DNA of 64,000 nucleotides from an uncultured Clostridia bacterium. Its GTDB lineage: Bacteria; Bacillota; Clostridia; Christensenellales; UBA1242. The first letter of the stretch is position 1; the number at the start of each line of letters is the position of its first letter. Positions 17,669 to 27,620 of the stretch are shown here, piece after piece. Made by a program: the position numbers and the translations under genes. The stretch spans positions 28-64,027 of the forward strand of contig CALVYS010000003.1 in the NCBI GenBank assembly GCA_944372355.1, in the 5' to 3' direction. Under the pieces are notes generated by a model. That model was not told where the DNA came from and did no database searches. It saw only the letters and a program-made list of their open reading frames with translations.

Positions 17669-17930
17669 CTTTTGGACAGCGCTTGCAGGTGCACTTGTCA
17701 TTTTGATAAACTCGATTGGAAACATCTTTGGCTTTCAAATTGAAGAAAAACTTGTCAGTGACATAGTTATGGCAATTGCTGGCGTTTTGGTGGCTTTTGG
17801 TGTTGTCACATTGCCATCTTCGACAAAGGATAAAACTCAGCAACAAGAAACTGAAACAAATGAAGATCCGGCTCAAAATGAGCAGCAGGAAGATGAGCAA
17901 TCAGATGACAAGCAAAATCCATCTGTCTAA
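17637..17930 (+). CDS. Phage holin (phi LC3-like, two TM)
   Basis: AGGAG RBS. FWTALAGALVILINSIG and VMAIAGVLVAFGVV helices with a highly acidic C-terminal tail. Overlaps the previous ORF by 32 nt. Confidence 0.65.
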   Translation: MNLKNLVKSYSFWTALAGALVILINSIGNIFGFQIEEKLVSDIVMAIAGVLVAFGVVTLPSSTKDKTQQQETETNEDPAQNEQQEDEQSDDKQNPSV

Positions 17931-17939
17931 ACGCAAAAT

Positions 17940-17968
17940 AGGGAGGGTAAATCGCCCTCCCTTTTTTT
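17940..17968 (+). terminator. Strong rho-independent terminator closing the phage-like operon
   Basis: GGGAGGG-taaatcg-CCCTCCC followed by T7. Confidence 0.85.
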
Positions 17969-17979
17969 ATCGTATTAAT

Positions 17980-18008
17980 TTGACAAAAATCGGGAAATAT
18001 GTTATTAT
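17980..18008 (+). promoter_or_regulatory. Sigma-A-type promoter
   Basis: TTGACA (17980-17985), 17-nt spacer, TATTAT (18003-18008). Confidence 0.6.
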
Positions 18009-18028
18009 ACAAATATATGGAGGTTGGC

Positions 18029-18688
18029 ATGGCATTATTTGGTGGAAAGACAAACGCAGAAGAACGCAAATATGTTTTAAACGATGGAAAGCTCGAATAC
18101 TTTTTGACTGAGCCGGAACTCGACGAAATCGATTACTTTACGATTGCGGACGATAAAAACAGTTTGCAGGCTGTTATGAAAAATGAAAAAGTGTATCCTC
18201 TCAAACTTTCAACATTTGGTGGGTTTATGTTTGATGAAGAACCAGATTCAACAGCTGAAAATTCCGCTTGCAAGCGATTGGAAAGAGCCGGAGTGGAAGC
18301 CGAAAAAATGTTGACAGAACAAAATGCTTTTCCAACCAATACACAGTTTATTCCTGAAATTGGAGCTTTCCGTCAATATGAAAATGGAAAGATTTCGTAT
18401 TACAGCTTGATCGGTGACAGGATTGACAACATAACCCTTTATACTTTGGGTTTGAATTCACTTGTTGCAAATGCACCTTTCATTGTAAGCAATGGCACTC
18501 CAAAAACCTACTGTCAAAAACCACAAAACATCTCTTCGCTTTGGCAAGCATATGAAACCTACGCGTCATGTTTTCCGGCGAACAAAACTGCTCTTATAAC
18601 TCAAGAAATGTATTTGACAAACATTTCAGATCTTTTGAGCAGGGAAGTGAGCGATAAAAAATATTCTAAACAGATTTTGGACAGATAA
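18029..18688 (+). CDS. Hypothetical protein (219 aa), own promoter and terminator
   Basis: ATG 18029 lies 5 nt after GGAGG (MALFGGKTNAEERKY...). No signal peptide or recognisable motif. Confidence 0.55.
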   Translation: MALFGGKTNAEERKYVLNDGKLEYFLTEPELDEIDYFTIADDKNSLQAVMKNEKVYPLKLSTFGGFMFDEEPDSTAENSACKRLERAGVEAEKMLTEQNAFPTNTQFIPEIGAFRQYENGKISYYSLIGDRIDNITLYTLGLNSLVANAPFIVSNGTPKTYCQKPQNISSLWQAYETYASCFPANKTALITQEMYLTNISDLLSREVSDKKYSKQILDR

Positions 18689-18715
18689 AAAAAACGGGCA
18701 TGAGCCCGTTTTTAT
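18688..18715 (+). terminator. Rho-independent terminator
   Basis: ACGGGC-atga-GCCCGT followed by a T-run. Confidence 0.8.
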
Positions 18716-18720
18716 TTTTA

Positions 18721-18745
18721 AAAAAATCGGACATACGGTCCGATT
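18721..18745 (-). terminator. rpsT terminator
   Basis: On the minus strand, ATCGGAC-cgtat-GTCCGAT followed by T6; it overlaps the rpsT stop. Confidence 0.75.
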
Positions 18746-19013
18746 AGTTTGTTCTGATTTTGTCAAGCTGCTTTGCAAATTTTGATTTTCTTCTTGCAGC
18801 ACAGTTTGCATGAATAACGCCATCTGACACGGCACTGTCTAAAACAGAGGTAACTTCGCTGTAAGCTTTTTCAGCAACAGAAACATCTCCCGAAGCAACT
18901 GCGGCTTGGAATTTTTTTGTGTAAGTTGAAATTTTAGACTTAACTGATCTGTTTTGTGCGCGTTTCTTTTCGATAATCAAAATTCTCTTTTTAGCGGATT
19001 TGATGTTAGCCAT
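18744..19013 (-). CDS. rpsT: 30S ribosomal protein S20
   Basis: MANIKSAKKRILIIEKKRAQNRSVKS...; 89 aa. Confidence 0.95.
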   Translation of the reverse strand: MANIKSAKKRILIIEKKRAQNRSVKSKISTYTKKFQAAVASGDVSVAEKAYSEVTSVLDSAVSDGVIHANCAARRKSKFAKQLDKIRTN

Positions 19014-19113
19014 TTCTATCTCCTTGATTAAAGTCTACGGAGATTGTATCACAACCGTCGAAAAAAAGCAAGTAAAAATTATAAAAAATTCAATTTTGGT
19101 CAAAATTAGCAGT

Positions 19114-19872
19114 ATGATCGATCTTATTGATGAATGCGGGCAGGATTTAAAAGGCCTGGGCTATGAAAAATGTAAAGATGGTTTGTTTTCTTTGACCTCT
19201 GGAAGGTTGGAGGTCGACTCAGCGGCAAAAGCCAACCAAACCGGGTTTGACAAGGGCAGCTATTACATTTACAACTGCCCACTTTTGCATGAATTTGGAA
19301 GGGAGTGCTTTGATTATGTTTCGGACGAGGTTGGAAAGGGCCTTAGGCGGCTTATGCGCAAACATGGCTTGAACAAAAAGTCGAGGATCTTGTTGGTTGG
19401 CCTGGGAAATCCAAAAATTCTGGCCGACGCTCTTGGAAGTTTGGCACTTGACAAGGTGGAGATAGATCCATTTAAAAAATCCTTGCGTCTTTTTAAATTT
19501 GCGCCAAACATATTTTCAGCAACTGGCATCAACTCCTTTGACGTTGTGCATATGCTGGCGATTTGGCTTGATGTTGATGGAGTGATAGTGATAGACTCGC
19601 TTGCGACAAACTCGATCAGCAGACTTGCCACTTCATTTCAACTTAACGATGCTGGCATGACGCCGGGCAGCGCTGTGAACAATCTTGGGCAAAAACTTTG
19701 TCGGGCAACGCTTGGCGTGACGTGCCTTTCAATCGGAGTCCCAACCATGCTGCTTGCAGGCAAGGCCAAACCCGATTGGCCAGACGATCTCATTCTAACG
19801 CCCAAAGATGTGCATCAAAACCTTGAAAATGTGGCGCGTGTTGTGGCGGAGGCGATCAACAAATATGTGTAA
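19114..19872 (+). CDS. gpr: GPR (spore germination) endopeptidase, peptidase A25-like
   Basis: Motifs LLVGLGNPKILADALG and VIVIDSLA..QLNDAGMTPGSAV. The gene is divergent from rpsT, as in Bacillus. Start set to the first ATG that does not overlap rpsT; start position is uncertain. Confidence 0.65.
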   Translation: MIDLIDECGQDLKGLGYEKCKDGLFSLTSGRLEVDSAAKANQTGFDKGSYYIYNCPLLHEFGRECFDYVSDEVGKGLRRLMRKHGLNKKSRILLVGLGNPKILADALGSLALDKVEIDPFKKSLRLFKFAPNIFSATGINSFDVVHMLAIWLDVDGVIVIDSLATNSISRLATSFQLNDAGMTPGSAVNNLGQKLCRATLGVTCLSIGVPTMLLAGKAKPDWPDDLILTPKDVHQNLENVARVVAEAINKYV

Positions 19873-19901
19873 AATCATCGCCCTCTTGCATATATATCTA
19901 T

Positions 19902-20615
19902 GTGAAAAATGTGGCGATCATCGACAGTGGCAGCGGCGGAATCAATGTTTTAAAAACGCTTTTACAAGAATGCGAAGGGTTTAATTTTTTATATCTTGCC
20001 GACACCGCGTGCGCACCTTATGGAGAAAAAAGCAAAAAGTTTTTAAAGGGCAGAGCAGAAGAGCTTGTGCTTTTTTTGAAAAAAATTTTCTCGCCAGAAA
20101 TCATAGTTTTTGCTTGCAACACGTTGACTGCGGCTGCAATTAAAAGCGTCAGAAAATCGCACCCAGAAATTGAGTTCGTTGGCTGCGAACCTGCCATCAA
20201 GCCTGCCTGTGAAAAGTTTGATCAAAAAGATGTTTTGGTGCTGGCAACTCCCGTGACTATAAAAGAGAGCAGGCTGATAAAAAAGTATCCGCAGCTTCAA
20301 ACCATGGCGTTGCCAGAGCTTCCGATGCTGATAGATCAAAACCTGTTTGAACTTGAAAATCTAAACGAATATTTGGCTCAAATTTTGAAAGATGCCAGTT
20401 CTCCTGCCGTCGTGCTTGGCTGCACTCATTTTGAAGCGGTTCGCGGTCAAATTGCCGATTTGACTGGTGCTGAAATCTTTGGATCCAGCGAGGGGATTGC
20501 CAAAAGATTGCAAACCTTTTCAGATGGCGATCATCAAACAAACTGCTGTTTTATGACCACCGGCGATCCTGAAATTTTGCCAAAATTTTACCATTATTTA
20601 ACAAAAAATTCTTAA
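19902..20615 (+). CDS. murI: Glutamate racemase
   Basis: IIDSGSGG, FACNTLTAAA and VLGCTHF motifs; GTG start. Confidence 0.9.
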   Translation: MKNVAIIDSGSGGINVLKTLLQECEGFNFLYLADTACAPYGEKSKKFLKGRAEELVLFLKKIFSPEIIVFACNTLTAAAIKSVRKSHPEIEFVGCEPAIKPACEKFDQKDVLVLATPVTIKESRLIKKYPQLQTMALPELPMLIDQNLFELENLNEYLAQILKDASSPAVVLGCTHFEAVRGQIADLTGAEIFGSSEGIAKRLQTFSDGDHQTNCCFMTTGDPEILPKFYHYLTKNS

Positions 20616-20634
20616 AAAATGGCGTTTTTTTTGA

Positions 20635-21375
20635 TTATTGCAGTTCCATAGCCAAATTTTTGTAAATTTCAAGCGTTTGCAAGCTTGTGCTCCAAAGCCC
20701 TTGCGCAGAGTGTTTGGAAAGACAAACGCTTTCCAAAAGGTCTGCCAAATATTCCGACAATGCCACCAGCTTAACATCTGAAAAGCTTTCAAAAGCGCGG
20801 TTGTAGGAGGTGTTTAACTTTTGCAATTTTTCCTTTAAGCTGCTTATTTTTGAGTTTACATATTGCTCGTCGTAAACTGCGGTCTGCGTGCCAATCGCCA
20901 GATCGGAAAGCGTGCGAAAGCTTGTGAAAAACGAGGCAAAGGCTTCGCTTACCAGGTTGTGCTGCTCCACTGAAAAATTTTCGTCAAGTGTGATCGCTGG
21001 AAAGGTCACTTCAACAGTCCAAGCATTGATCTGCCTGTTTTCCAAATCTTTTACCACTCTTTCAGCATCATTTTGATTTTCATATCCACTGTGAACGACA
21101 TAAAAATATTCGCCTTCATGCCAAACATAACTCGCGCCAGAGGCATAGTCTCTTGCCAGCAACTTGGCTTGGCTTTCGAGTTGAGATTTTGCCTGGCAAA
21201 CCAGATAGACTTTGCTTTCAAGAGTCCCAGTTTTTCCAGCGTCAGACATCTCTGCAATGCTTGCAAGAGAGGAAGAATAAAAACTTGCCAAACTCATGGC
21301 GGTGGCCGCGACAAGAACGCCGAAGGTTAAAAGTAGAAAAATCAGTTTTCGCTTTGACAAAACAATCTTTTTCAT
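20635..21375 (-). CDS. Membrane-anchored hypothetical protein (SPOR-like segment)
   Basis: Start moved to ATG 21375 (MKKIVLSKRKLIFLLLTFGVLVAATA), which gives an N-terminal TM. YFYVVHSGYENQNDAERVVKDL resembles a SPOR-type fold. The listed upstream extension runs into the groES promoter. Confidence 0.55.
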   Translation of the reverse strand: MKKIVLSKRKLIFLLLTFGVLVAATAMSLASFYSSSLASIAEMSDAGKTGTLESKVYLVCQAKSQLESQAKLLARDYASGASYVWHEGEYFYVVHSGYENQNDAERVVKDLENRQINAWTVEVTFPAITLDENFSVEQHNLVSEAFASFFTSFRTLSDLAIGTQTAVYDEQYVNSKISSLKEKLQKLNTSYNRAFESFSDVKLVALSEYLADLLESVCLSKHSAQGLWSTSLQTLEIYKNLAMELQ

Positions 21376-21485
21376 CAAGAAAAATATATGACTTATTTTG
21401 ACAAAGTATGTTTTATTGTTTGGCACTTTTGCTGGACATTGATCTGGGAAAAGTTGTAAAATAGTGCCATACAGGAGGTAATATA

Positions 21486-21770
21486 ATGAGATTAAAACCA
21501 TTGTTTGACAGGGTCGTGCTCTTGCCAAAAAAGAGCGAGTCAGAATCAAAAGGCGGCATAATTTTGCCAACGGCTGCACAAGAAAAGTCTCAAATTGCAA
21601 CAGTTGTGGCGGTTGGTGAAGGTGGCACCTGTGATGGCAAGGCGGCACCAATCAAGGTCGCGGTTGGTGACGAAGTGCTATACTCAAAGTACGCCGGTGT
21701 CGAGTATGAAGAAGACGGTGAAAAATATGTTATTGTGCGCCAAGCTGACATTTTGGCGATCATCAAGTAA
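21486..21770 (+). CDS. groES: Co-chaperonin GroES
   Basis: MRLKPLFDRVVLLP...GGIILP; 94 aa. Confidence 0.97.
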   Translation: MRLKPLFDRVVLLPKKSESESKGGIILPTAAQEKSQIATVVAVGEGGTCDGKAAPIKVAVGDEVLYSKYAGVEYEEDGEKYVIVRQADILAIIK

Positions 21771-23393
<1,623 letters not shown>

Positions 23394-23438
23394 TATTAAA
23401 AACCAAAAATAGGGGAAAGATATATAAAGGAGAAGAAA

Positions 23439-23939
23439 ATGAAAAAACTCTTTTATGCCGTCTTTCCTCTTTTTGTTTGTCTTTTGATGGTGGGCTGCGA
23501 CACTTCGGGAATTCGCCTGGCCTTTTTTAGCAACGCAACTTCGCCGGGCAGTGAAAATTACACATTGCGTGTCACATTTCAAAACGACAAGAGATATGAA
23601 GAAAAGTACTTTGACATTCAACTCATGTCAACCGTCAGTGATGTCGAACTCACTTTTTGGCAGGAGGGAGAGGACAAGCTTTCCGCCACGATTGGAGAAA
23701 GCGGAGTTTGGAACTCTTTGACAAGCCTAAAACTCACGGCAGCAGGTCTGGAAGGAAGGGAGAATTTTGATCAGTTGAAAGAGGCTGTAAGTCAAACCTA
23801 TATTTTTAATGTGAGCAAAGAATGCAAGTTGATTTTTAGGGTTGTCGCAGGTGAAATTGCTGAAAATGCTGACAAAACCGGTTTTATTCTCGCACTTGCG
23901 GAGCCGATTTCTGATGACTTTGTGTTAAATTGTGCGTGA
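23439..23939 (+). CDS. Lipoprotein, unknown function
   Basis: Signal peptide with lipobox LLMVGC; 166 aa. Confidence 0.7.
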   Translation: MKKLFYAVFPLFVCLLMVGCDTSGIRLAFFSNATSPGSENYTLRVTFQNDKRYEEKYFDIQLMSTVSDVELTFWQEGEDKLSATIGESGVWNSLTSLKLTAAGLEGRENFDQLKEAVSQTYIFNVSKECKLIFRVVAGEIAENADKTGFILALAEPISDDFVLNCA

Positions 23940-23989
23940 TTGCTTTTATTTTTTAGAAAAATATAGTAAAATGAGCGTAGGAGAAAACT

Positions 23990-24661
23990 ATGCTTTCAAT
24001 CAAACATCTTTATTTGAAATACACTCGTGAATTTTATGCGCTGTTTGACATCAATCTGGAAGTTAAAGATGGAGAATCAGTCGCTCTCGTTGGAATGGAC
24101 GACAGTGGAAAAACCAGCTTGCTCAGAGTGATTGCCAAACTCGAAAAACCGACAAAAGGTGAGGTTTATTTGAAAGATCGTCCTTTAAAAAAGGTCAACT
24201 TTCGTTCGGATATAAGCGCTGGATATGTGCCAGCTTCACCTGTGTTTTTGGAAAACAAAACGGTTTATGAAAATTTTAAATATATTTTGAGCGAACGCAA
24301 GTTGCCGCCAGAAGAGATCGAAAACAAGATCAATCAAGCGGTCATAGATTTTGCACTTGAAAAAATCAAAGATGAAAAGGTGGGCAACCTGTCAGTGGAG
24401 GAAAAATATATTCTTTCGCTGATTCGCTTGTCATTTAGAAAATTGGATTTTCTGATGATTGACAACATCTTTGACCATCTTTCAGAGTTTTATCTTGAAA
24501 TTATTGATGAAATCATAGAAAAATTAAAAACGCCGCAAACCACGCTCGTGCTTGCGACAACAGATGAAAAAATTGCAGACAGATTCTACAAGAGAAAGGT
24601 TTACTTTAAAAATGGTTCGGTGGTTTCACAAAGCGAGTATTACGACAAAACCGAAGCTTAA
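23990..24661 (+). CDS. ABC-type ATPase-like protein with degenerate signature and Walker B
   Basis: Walker A GMDDSGKTS is present. The signature position reads LSVEEKY rather than LSGGQ, and Walker B reads FLMIDNIF with no DE. No adjacent permease gene. Confidence 0.7.
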   Translation: MLSIKHLYLKYTREFYALFDINLEVKDGESVALVGMDDSGKTSLLRVIAKLEKPTKGEVYLKDRPLKKVNFRSDISAGYVPASPVFLENKTVYENFKYILSERKLPPEEIENKINQAVIDFALEKIKDEKVGNLSVEEKYILSLIRLSFRKLDFLMIDNIFDHLSEFYLEIIDEIIEKLKTPQTTLVLATTDEKIADRFYKRKVYFKNGSVVSQSEYYDKTEA

Positions 24662-25026
24662 TCGTCAGGGAATGGTTTTTCTTTCGGGCCGGAAGGCTCG
24701 GAAGATTTTTTTTTGCTGCTGCTTGCAGAGTTTGTCATTGAGGAAAGCACGCTTAAAAGAGGATTGATTTGATCTTGTGATCCGTTTGCAAGTGCGCTCA
24801 ATGCGTCTTGTGAAAGTGTCTGTGCGCTTTGTCCGCCCATCAACATTTTGACAAGCAGTGGCAGCATGGGATTGCCACTCAAACCTCCGTTTTTTTGCAT
24901 CTGCTCATTTTGCCCCTCTGAACGCATAAAAGCCGAGGGATTGTTTTGCTCGGAATATGCCTCTGGTGGATAGAGCGGAAGAGAATCTTTAAAGTTCATA
25001 TCAAATATATATGCCACACATTTCAC
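24658..25026 (-). CDS. Hypothetical low-complexity protein
   Basis: 122-aa ORF, Q/S/N/P-rich, with no convincing RBS. Coding status is uncertain. Confidence 0.35.
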   Translation of the reverse strand: MKCVAYIFDMNFKDSLPLYPPEAYSEQNNPSAFMRSEGQNEQMQKNGGLSGNPMLPLLVKMLMGGQSAQTLSQDALSALANGSQDQINPLLSVLSSMTNSASSSKKKSSEPSGPKEKPFPDD

Positions 25027-25090
25027 TTTTGCGACAAAAGTGGAATGTTTTTTGTTTTCAACATATATTGTTGTGTGACGAGGGGAGAAG

Positions 25091-25372
25091 ATGAGCAGAA
25101 ATTTTTCGGATTTTAATTTTAAAGAGCAGCCAAAACAAGAAAAGCAAAGCTTTTCCGGTCCATCGGAGGCGGATCTACGCTCAGTTTATCAGGAATACAG
25201 CTCGCTGGATCCAAATGCCTTGCAGGCGCGTCTTGCCAGTGAGATAGCTCAGCGCAAACAGGACGGCACGCTAGATGTCGAAATGCTCAGATCAAGCGTG
25301 GAGTCGATTCGCGCGTTTTTACCATACGAAACCTATTTAAACCTTAAAGGGCTGATTGAGAACTTAAAATGA
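25091..25372 (+). CDS. Hypothetical protein translationally coupled to the S8 peptidase
   Basis: GGGGAG RBS; 93 aa; ATGA overlap with the downstream gene. Confidence 0.55.
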   Translation: MSRNFSDFNFKEQPKQEKQSFSGPSEADLRSVYQEYSSLDPNALQARLASEIAQRKQDGTLDVEMLRSSVESIRAFLPYETYLNLKGLIENLK

Positions 25373-26511
25373 ACACAAGCAAAATAGACCAAAGATTATT
25401 GATCGCGCAGACTTTTTCACAAAACGACAAGGTTTGTTGTTTGGTGAGTGCAAAAAATTTTCGTGGCGTGAAAAACATTTTAAAAAACGCATCTATCGAG
25501 GTGCTGCATGAATATTTATTCATAAACTCTTTTTTTGTGCGAGCCACGCGGCAGCAAATTTTTTATCTTTCAAAACTTGCCGCAGTAAAATACATAGCCT
25601 CAAACGCCTCGGCGCTTGCACTTATGAATGTTGCTCGCAATGTGCTCAGCGTTTCCGAAGAAGGGTTGACTGGCAAAGATGTGAATGTGGCCTTTATCGA
25701 CACAGGCATTGCCAAACATCAAGATTTTTGTTTGGGCAGCAATCGCATAAAAGGCTTTGTTGACTTTGTCGATGAAAAACAGCAACCATATGATGACAAC
25801 GGCCATGGCACTTTTGTTGCCGGCGTTTGCGCAGGAAGCGGGGCTGGCAGTTGTGGCAAATATATGGGAATCGCTCCTCAAGCCGGAATTTACAGCTTGA
25901 AAGCGCTTGACGGTCATGGCGAAGCTTTTTCAAGCAAAATTTTAAGTGCGATGGAGTGGGTTTTTGAACATGCCAAGCAGTTGAAAATCAGGGTTGTGTG
26001 CATGAGCTTTGGAAGCGAACCTTTGGGCTTTAATGATCCAATCATGAACGGAGCCGAGCAGCTTTGGAAAAGCGGAGTGATTGTGGTTGCGGCGGCAGGA
26101 AACAGTGGCCCGGAATTTCAGTCTATAAAAAGTCCCGGTGTCAGCAGAAGACTCATCACCGTTGGAGGAATGGACGACAACAGGTTTGATGAAGGGGGCT
26201 TTTCAAATGCGCTGTTTGAAATCGCCGATTTCTCCTCGCGTGGTCCATCTTTTAAAGGCTACAAACCAGATGTTGTGGCACCGGCGGTTGACATAACCTC
26301 TTGCAGCAAGGACGGAGGCTACACAAAACTCAGTGGCACAAGTGTTGCCACTCCTATGATAGCTGGTGCGATGTGCCTGCTGTGTGAGCGCTTCCCCGAC
26401 ATCACGCCTGATGAGGCAAAACGCAAACTTTTGTCCGTTTGCAAACCGATCACCTACAATCACAACTTGGAAGGCTTTGGTTATCCAGACCTAGCAAAGC
26501 TTTTTGATTAA
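25369..26511 (+). CDS. S8-family (subtilisin-like) serine peptidase with I9-like propeptide
   Basis: Catalytic triad contexts AFIDTGI (D), NGHGTFVAG (H) and SGTSVATPMIAG (S). Confidence 0.9.
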   Translation: MNTSKIDQRLLIAQTFSQNDKVCCLVSAKNFRGVKNILKNASIEVLHEYLFINSFFVRATRQQIFYLSKLAAVKYIASNASALALMNVARNVLSVSEEGLTGKDVNVAFIDTGIAKHQDFCLGSNRIKGFVDFVDEKQQPYDDNGHGTFVAGVCAGSGAGSCGKYMGIAPQAGIYSLKALDGHGEAFSSKILSAMEWVFEHAKQLKIRVVCMSFGSEPLGFNDPIMNGAEQLWKSGVIVVAAAGNSGPEFQSIKSPGVSRRLITVGGMDDNRFDEGGFSNALFEIADFSSRGPSFKGYKPDVVAPAVDITSCSKDGGYTKLSGTSVATPMIAGAMCLLCERFPDITPDEAKRKLLSVCKPITYNHNLEGFGYPDLAKLFD

Positions 26512-27528
26512 GGCAACAATTTTTTGATTTGCTTGATTTTTTCCTGCTCTTTGCATATTTTTTTTGTAAAAATTCAAATTTTTCATCATTTTATCCACAA
26601 CTTCCTTGAGTTTTTCTTTGGAAAGCTCTTCATCAAAAATCACCTCGCCGTAGCCAAGCGAAGCAAAAAGTTTGGCGTTTTCTATTTGATCACCTCGTGA
26701 AGCGGCTTTGGAAAGTGGAAGCATCAGCATGGGTTTTTGCAACGCCAAAAGTTCGTTTATCGCTCCTGAGCCTGCTCGTGTGACAACAAGGTCCGCTGCG
26801 GCGTAATAGTCTGCGATAGGGTCAAGATAGGGAAGAGGGAGATAGTCTTCTTGCGGAGAAAACTCATCTGCGTTGTTTTTGCCAACGCCGTGTAAAATTG
26901 CATAGTCCTTGGTCAAAAACCCCGGCTCTTTTAAAAGCTGGTTGATTTTTTTCGCGCCCAAACTTCCACCGACAAAAAGCAAAACCTTCTTAGAAGGAAA
27001 GTTCATTTTTGCAAGCACTTTTTGTTTGTTTCCGTCAAAAAGCGAACGCCTCAAAGGTTGGCCGGTCCAAATCCACTTTGGGTGTTTTTTGCTGGTTTGG
27101 TAAAATGTTGTGCAGGTGTAGGTTGCCAGCCGCGAGATGATTTTGTTTGCAAGCCCCATGCTGAGGTCTGACTCGTGAGTGATGAGAGGGATCTTTAATC
27201 TGCGTCCGGCTATTGCCACTGGCAAAGCCACAAAGCCGCCCTTTGAAAAAATCACATCTGGCTTTAAGTTTTTTAAGATTCGCTTGGCCTGTTTTATTGA
27301 CGAGATCAATTTAAAAGGTATTGCCAAGTTTTTTAAAAGTTTGCTTCTGTCAAGTTTGACGGCTGAAATTTCATGGAAAACGATGTTTCCTGCCTTCTCC
27401 ACCAAATCCTTTTCCATGCCGTTTGTGCCAATATAATGAATTTCAAAATCATCAAGCTCTTGTGCAAGCGCCAAGTTGGGATATATGTGCCCGGCGGTGC
27501 CGCCACCCGTTAAAACTATCTTTTTCAT
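26491..27528 (-). CDS. murG: UDP-GlcNAc:undecaprenyl-PP-MurNAc-pentapeptide GlcNAc transferase
   Basis: MKKIVLTGGGTAGHIYPNLALA N-terminus and a GT28 C-terminal pattern; 345 aa. Confidence 0.9.
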   Translation of the reverse strand: MKKIVLTGGGTAGHIYPNLALAQELDDFEIHYIGTNGMEKDLVEKAGNIVFHEISAVKLDRSKLLKNLAIPFKLISSIKQAKRILKNLKPDVIFSKGGFVALPVAIAGRRLKIPLITHESDLSMGLANKIISRLATYTCTTFYQTSKKHPKWIWTGQPLRRSLFDGNKQKVLAKMNFPSKKVLLFVGGSLGAKKINQLLKEPGFLTKDYAILHGVGKNNADEFSPQEDYLPLPYLDPIADYYAAADLVVTRAGSGAINELLALQKPMLMLPLSKAASRGDQIENAKLFASLGYGEVIFDEELSKEKLKEVVDKMMKNLNFYKKNMQRAGKNQANQKIVALIKKLC

Positions 27529-27620
27529 AAAACTATTCTACGCACTCTTGCTGATTTTTATTTACAAATAAATATGCAGTTTAATGTATAAAAATACAAC
27601 AAGCTTTGAGTTAAAATTTC

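Larger units (their letters stand above)
10431..17968 (+). mobile_element. Phage-derived head-morphogenesis plus holin operon (defective or domesticated; GTA-like candidate)
   Basis: A single promoter-to-terminator unit of 11 packed ORFs with phage structural and lysis character. No integrase, repressor, replication, TerL, tail-fibre or endolysin gene is present, and core genes lie on both flanks. Confidence 0.7.

Noticed and set aside
21421-21436. TGGCAC...TTGC upstream of groES as a sigma-54 (-24/-12) promoter
   Set aside because: The GG and GC elements are only 2 nt apart instead of the required spacing (TGGCAC-N5-TTGC).
24658-25026. The Q/S/N-rich 122-aa ORF as a spore-coat or germination protein next to the S8 protease
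   Set aside because: There is no RBS and no recognisable motif. It is kept only as a low-confidence CDS, and a functional call would be guesswork.
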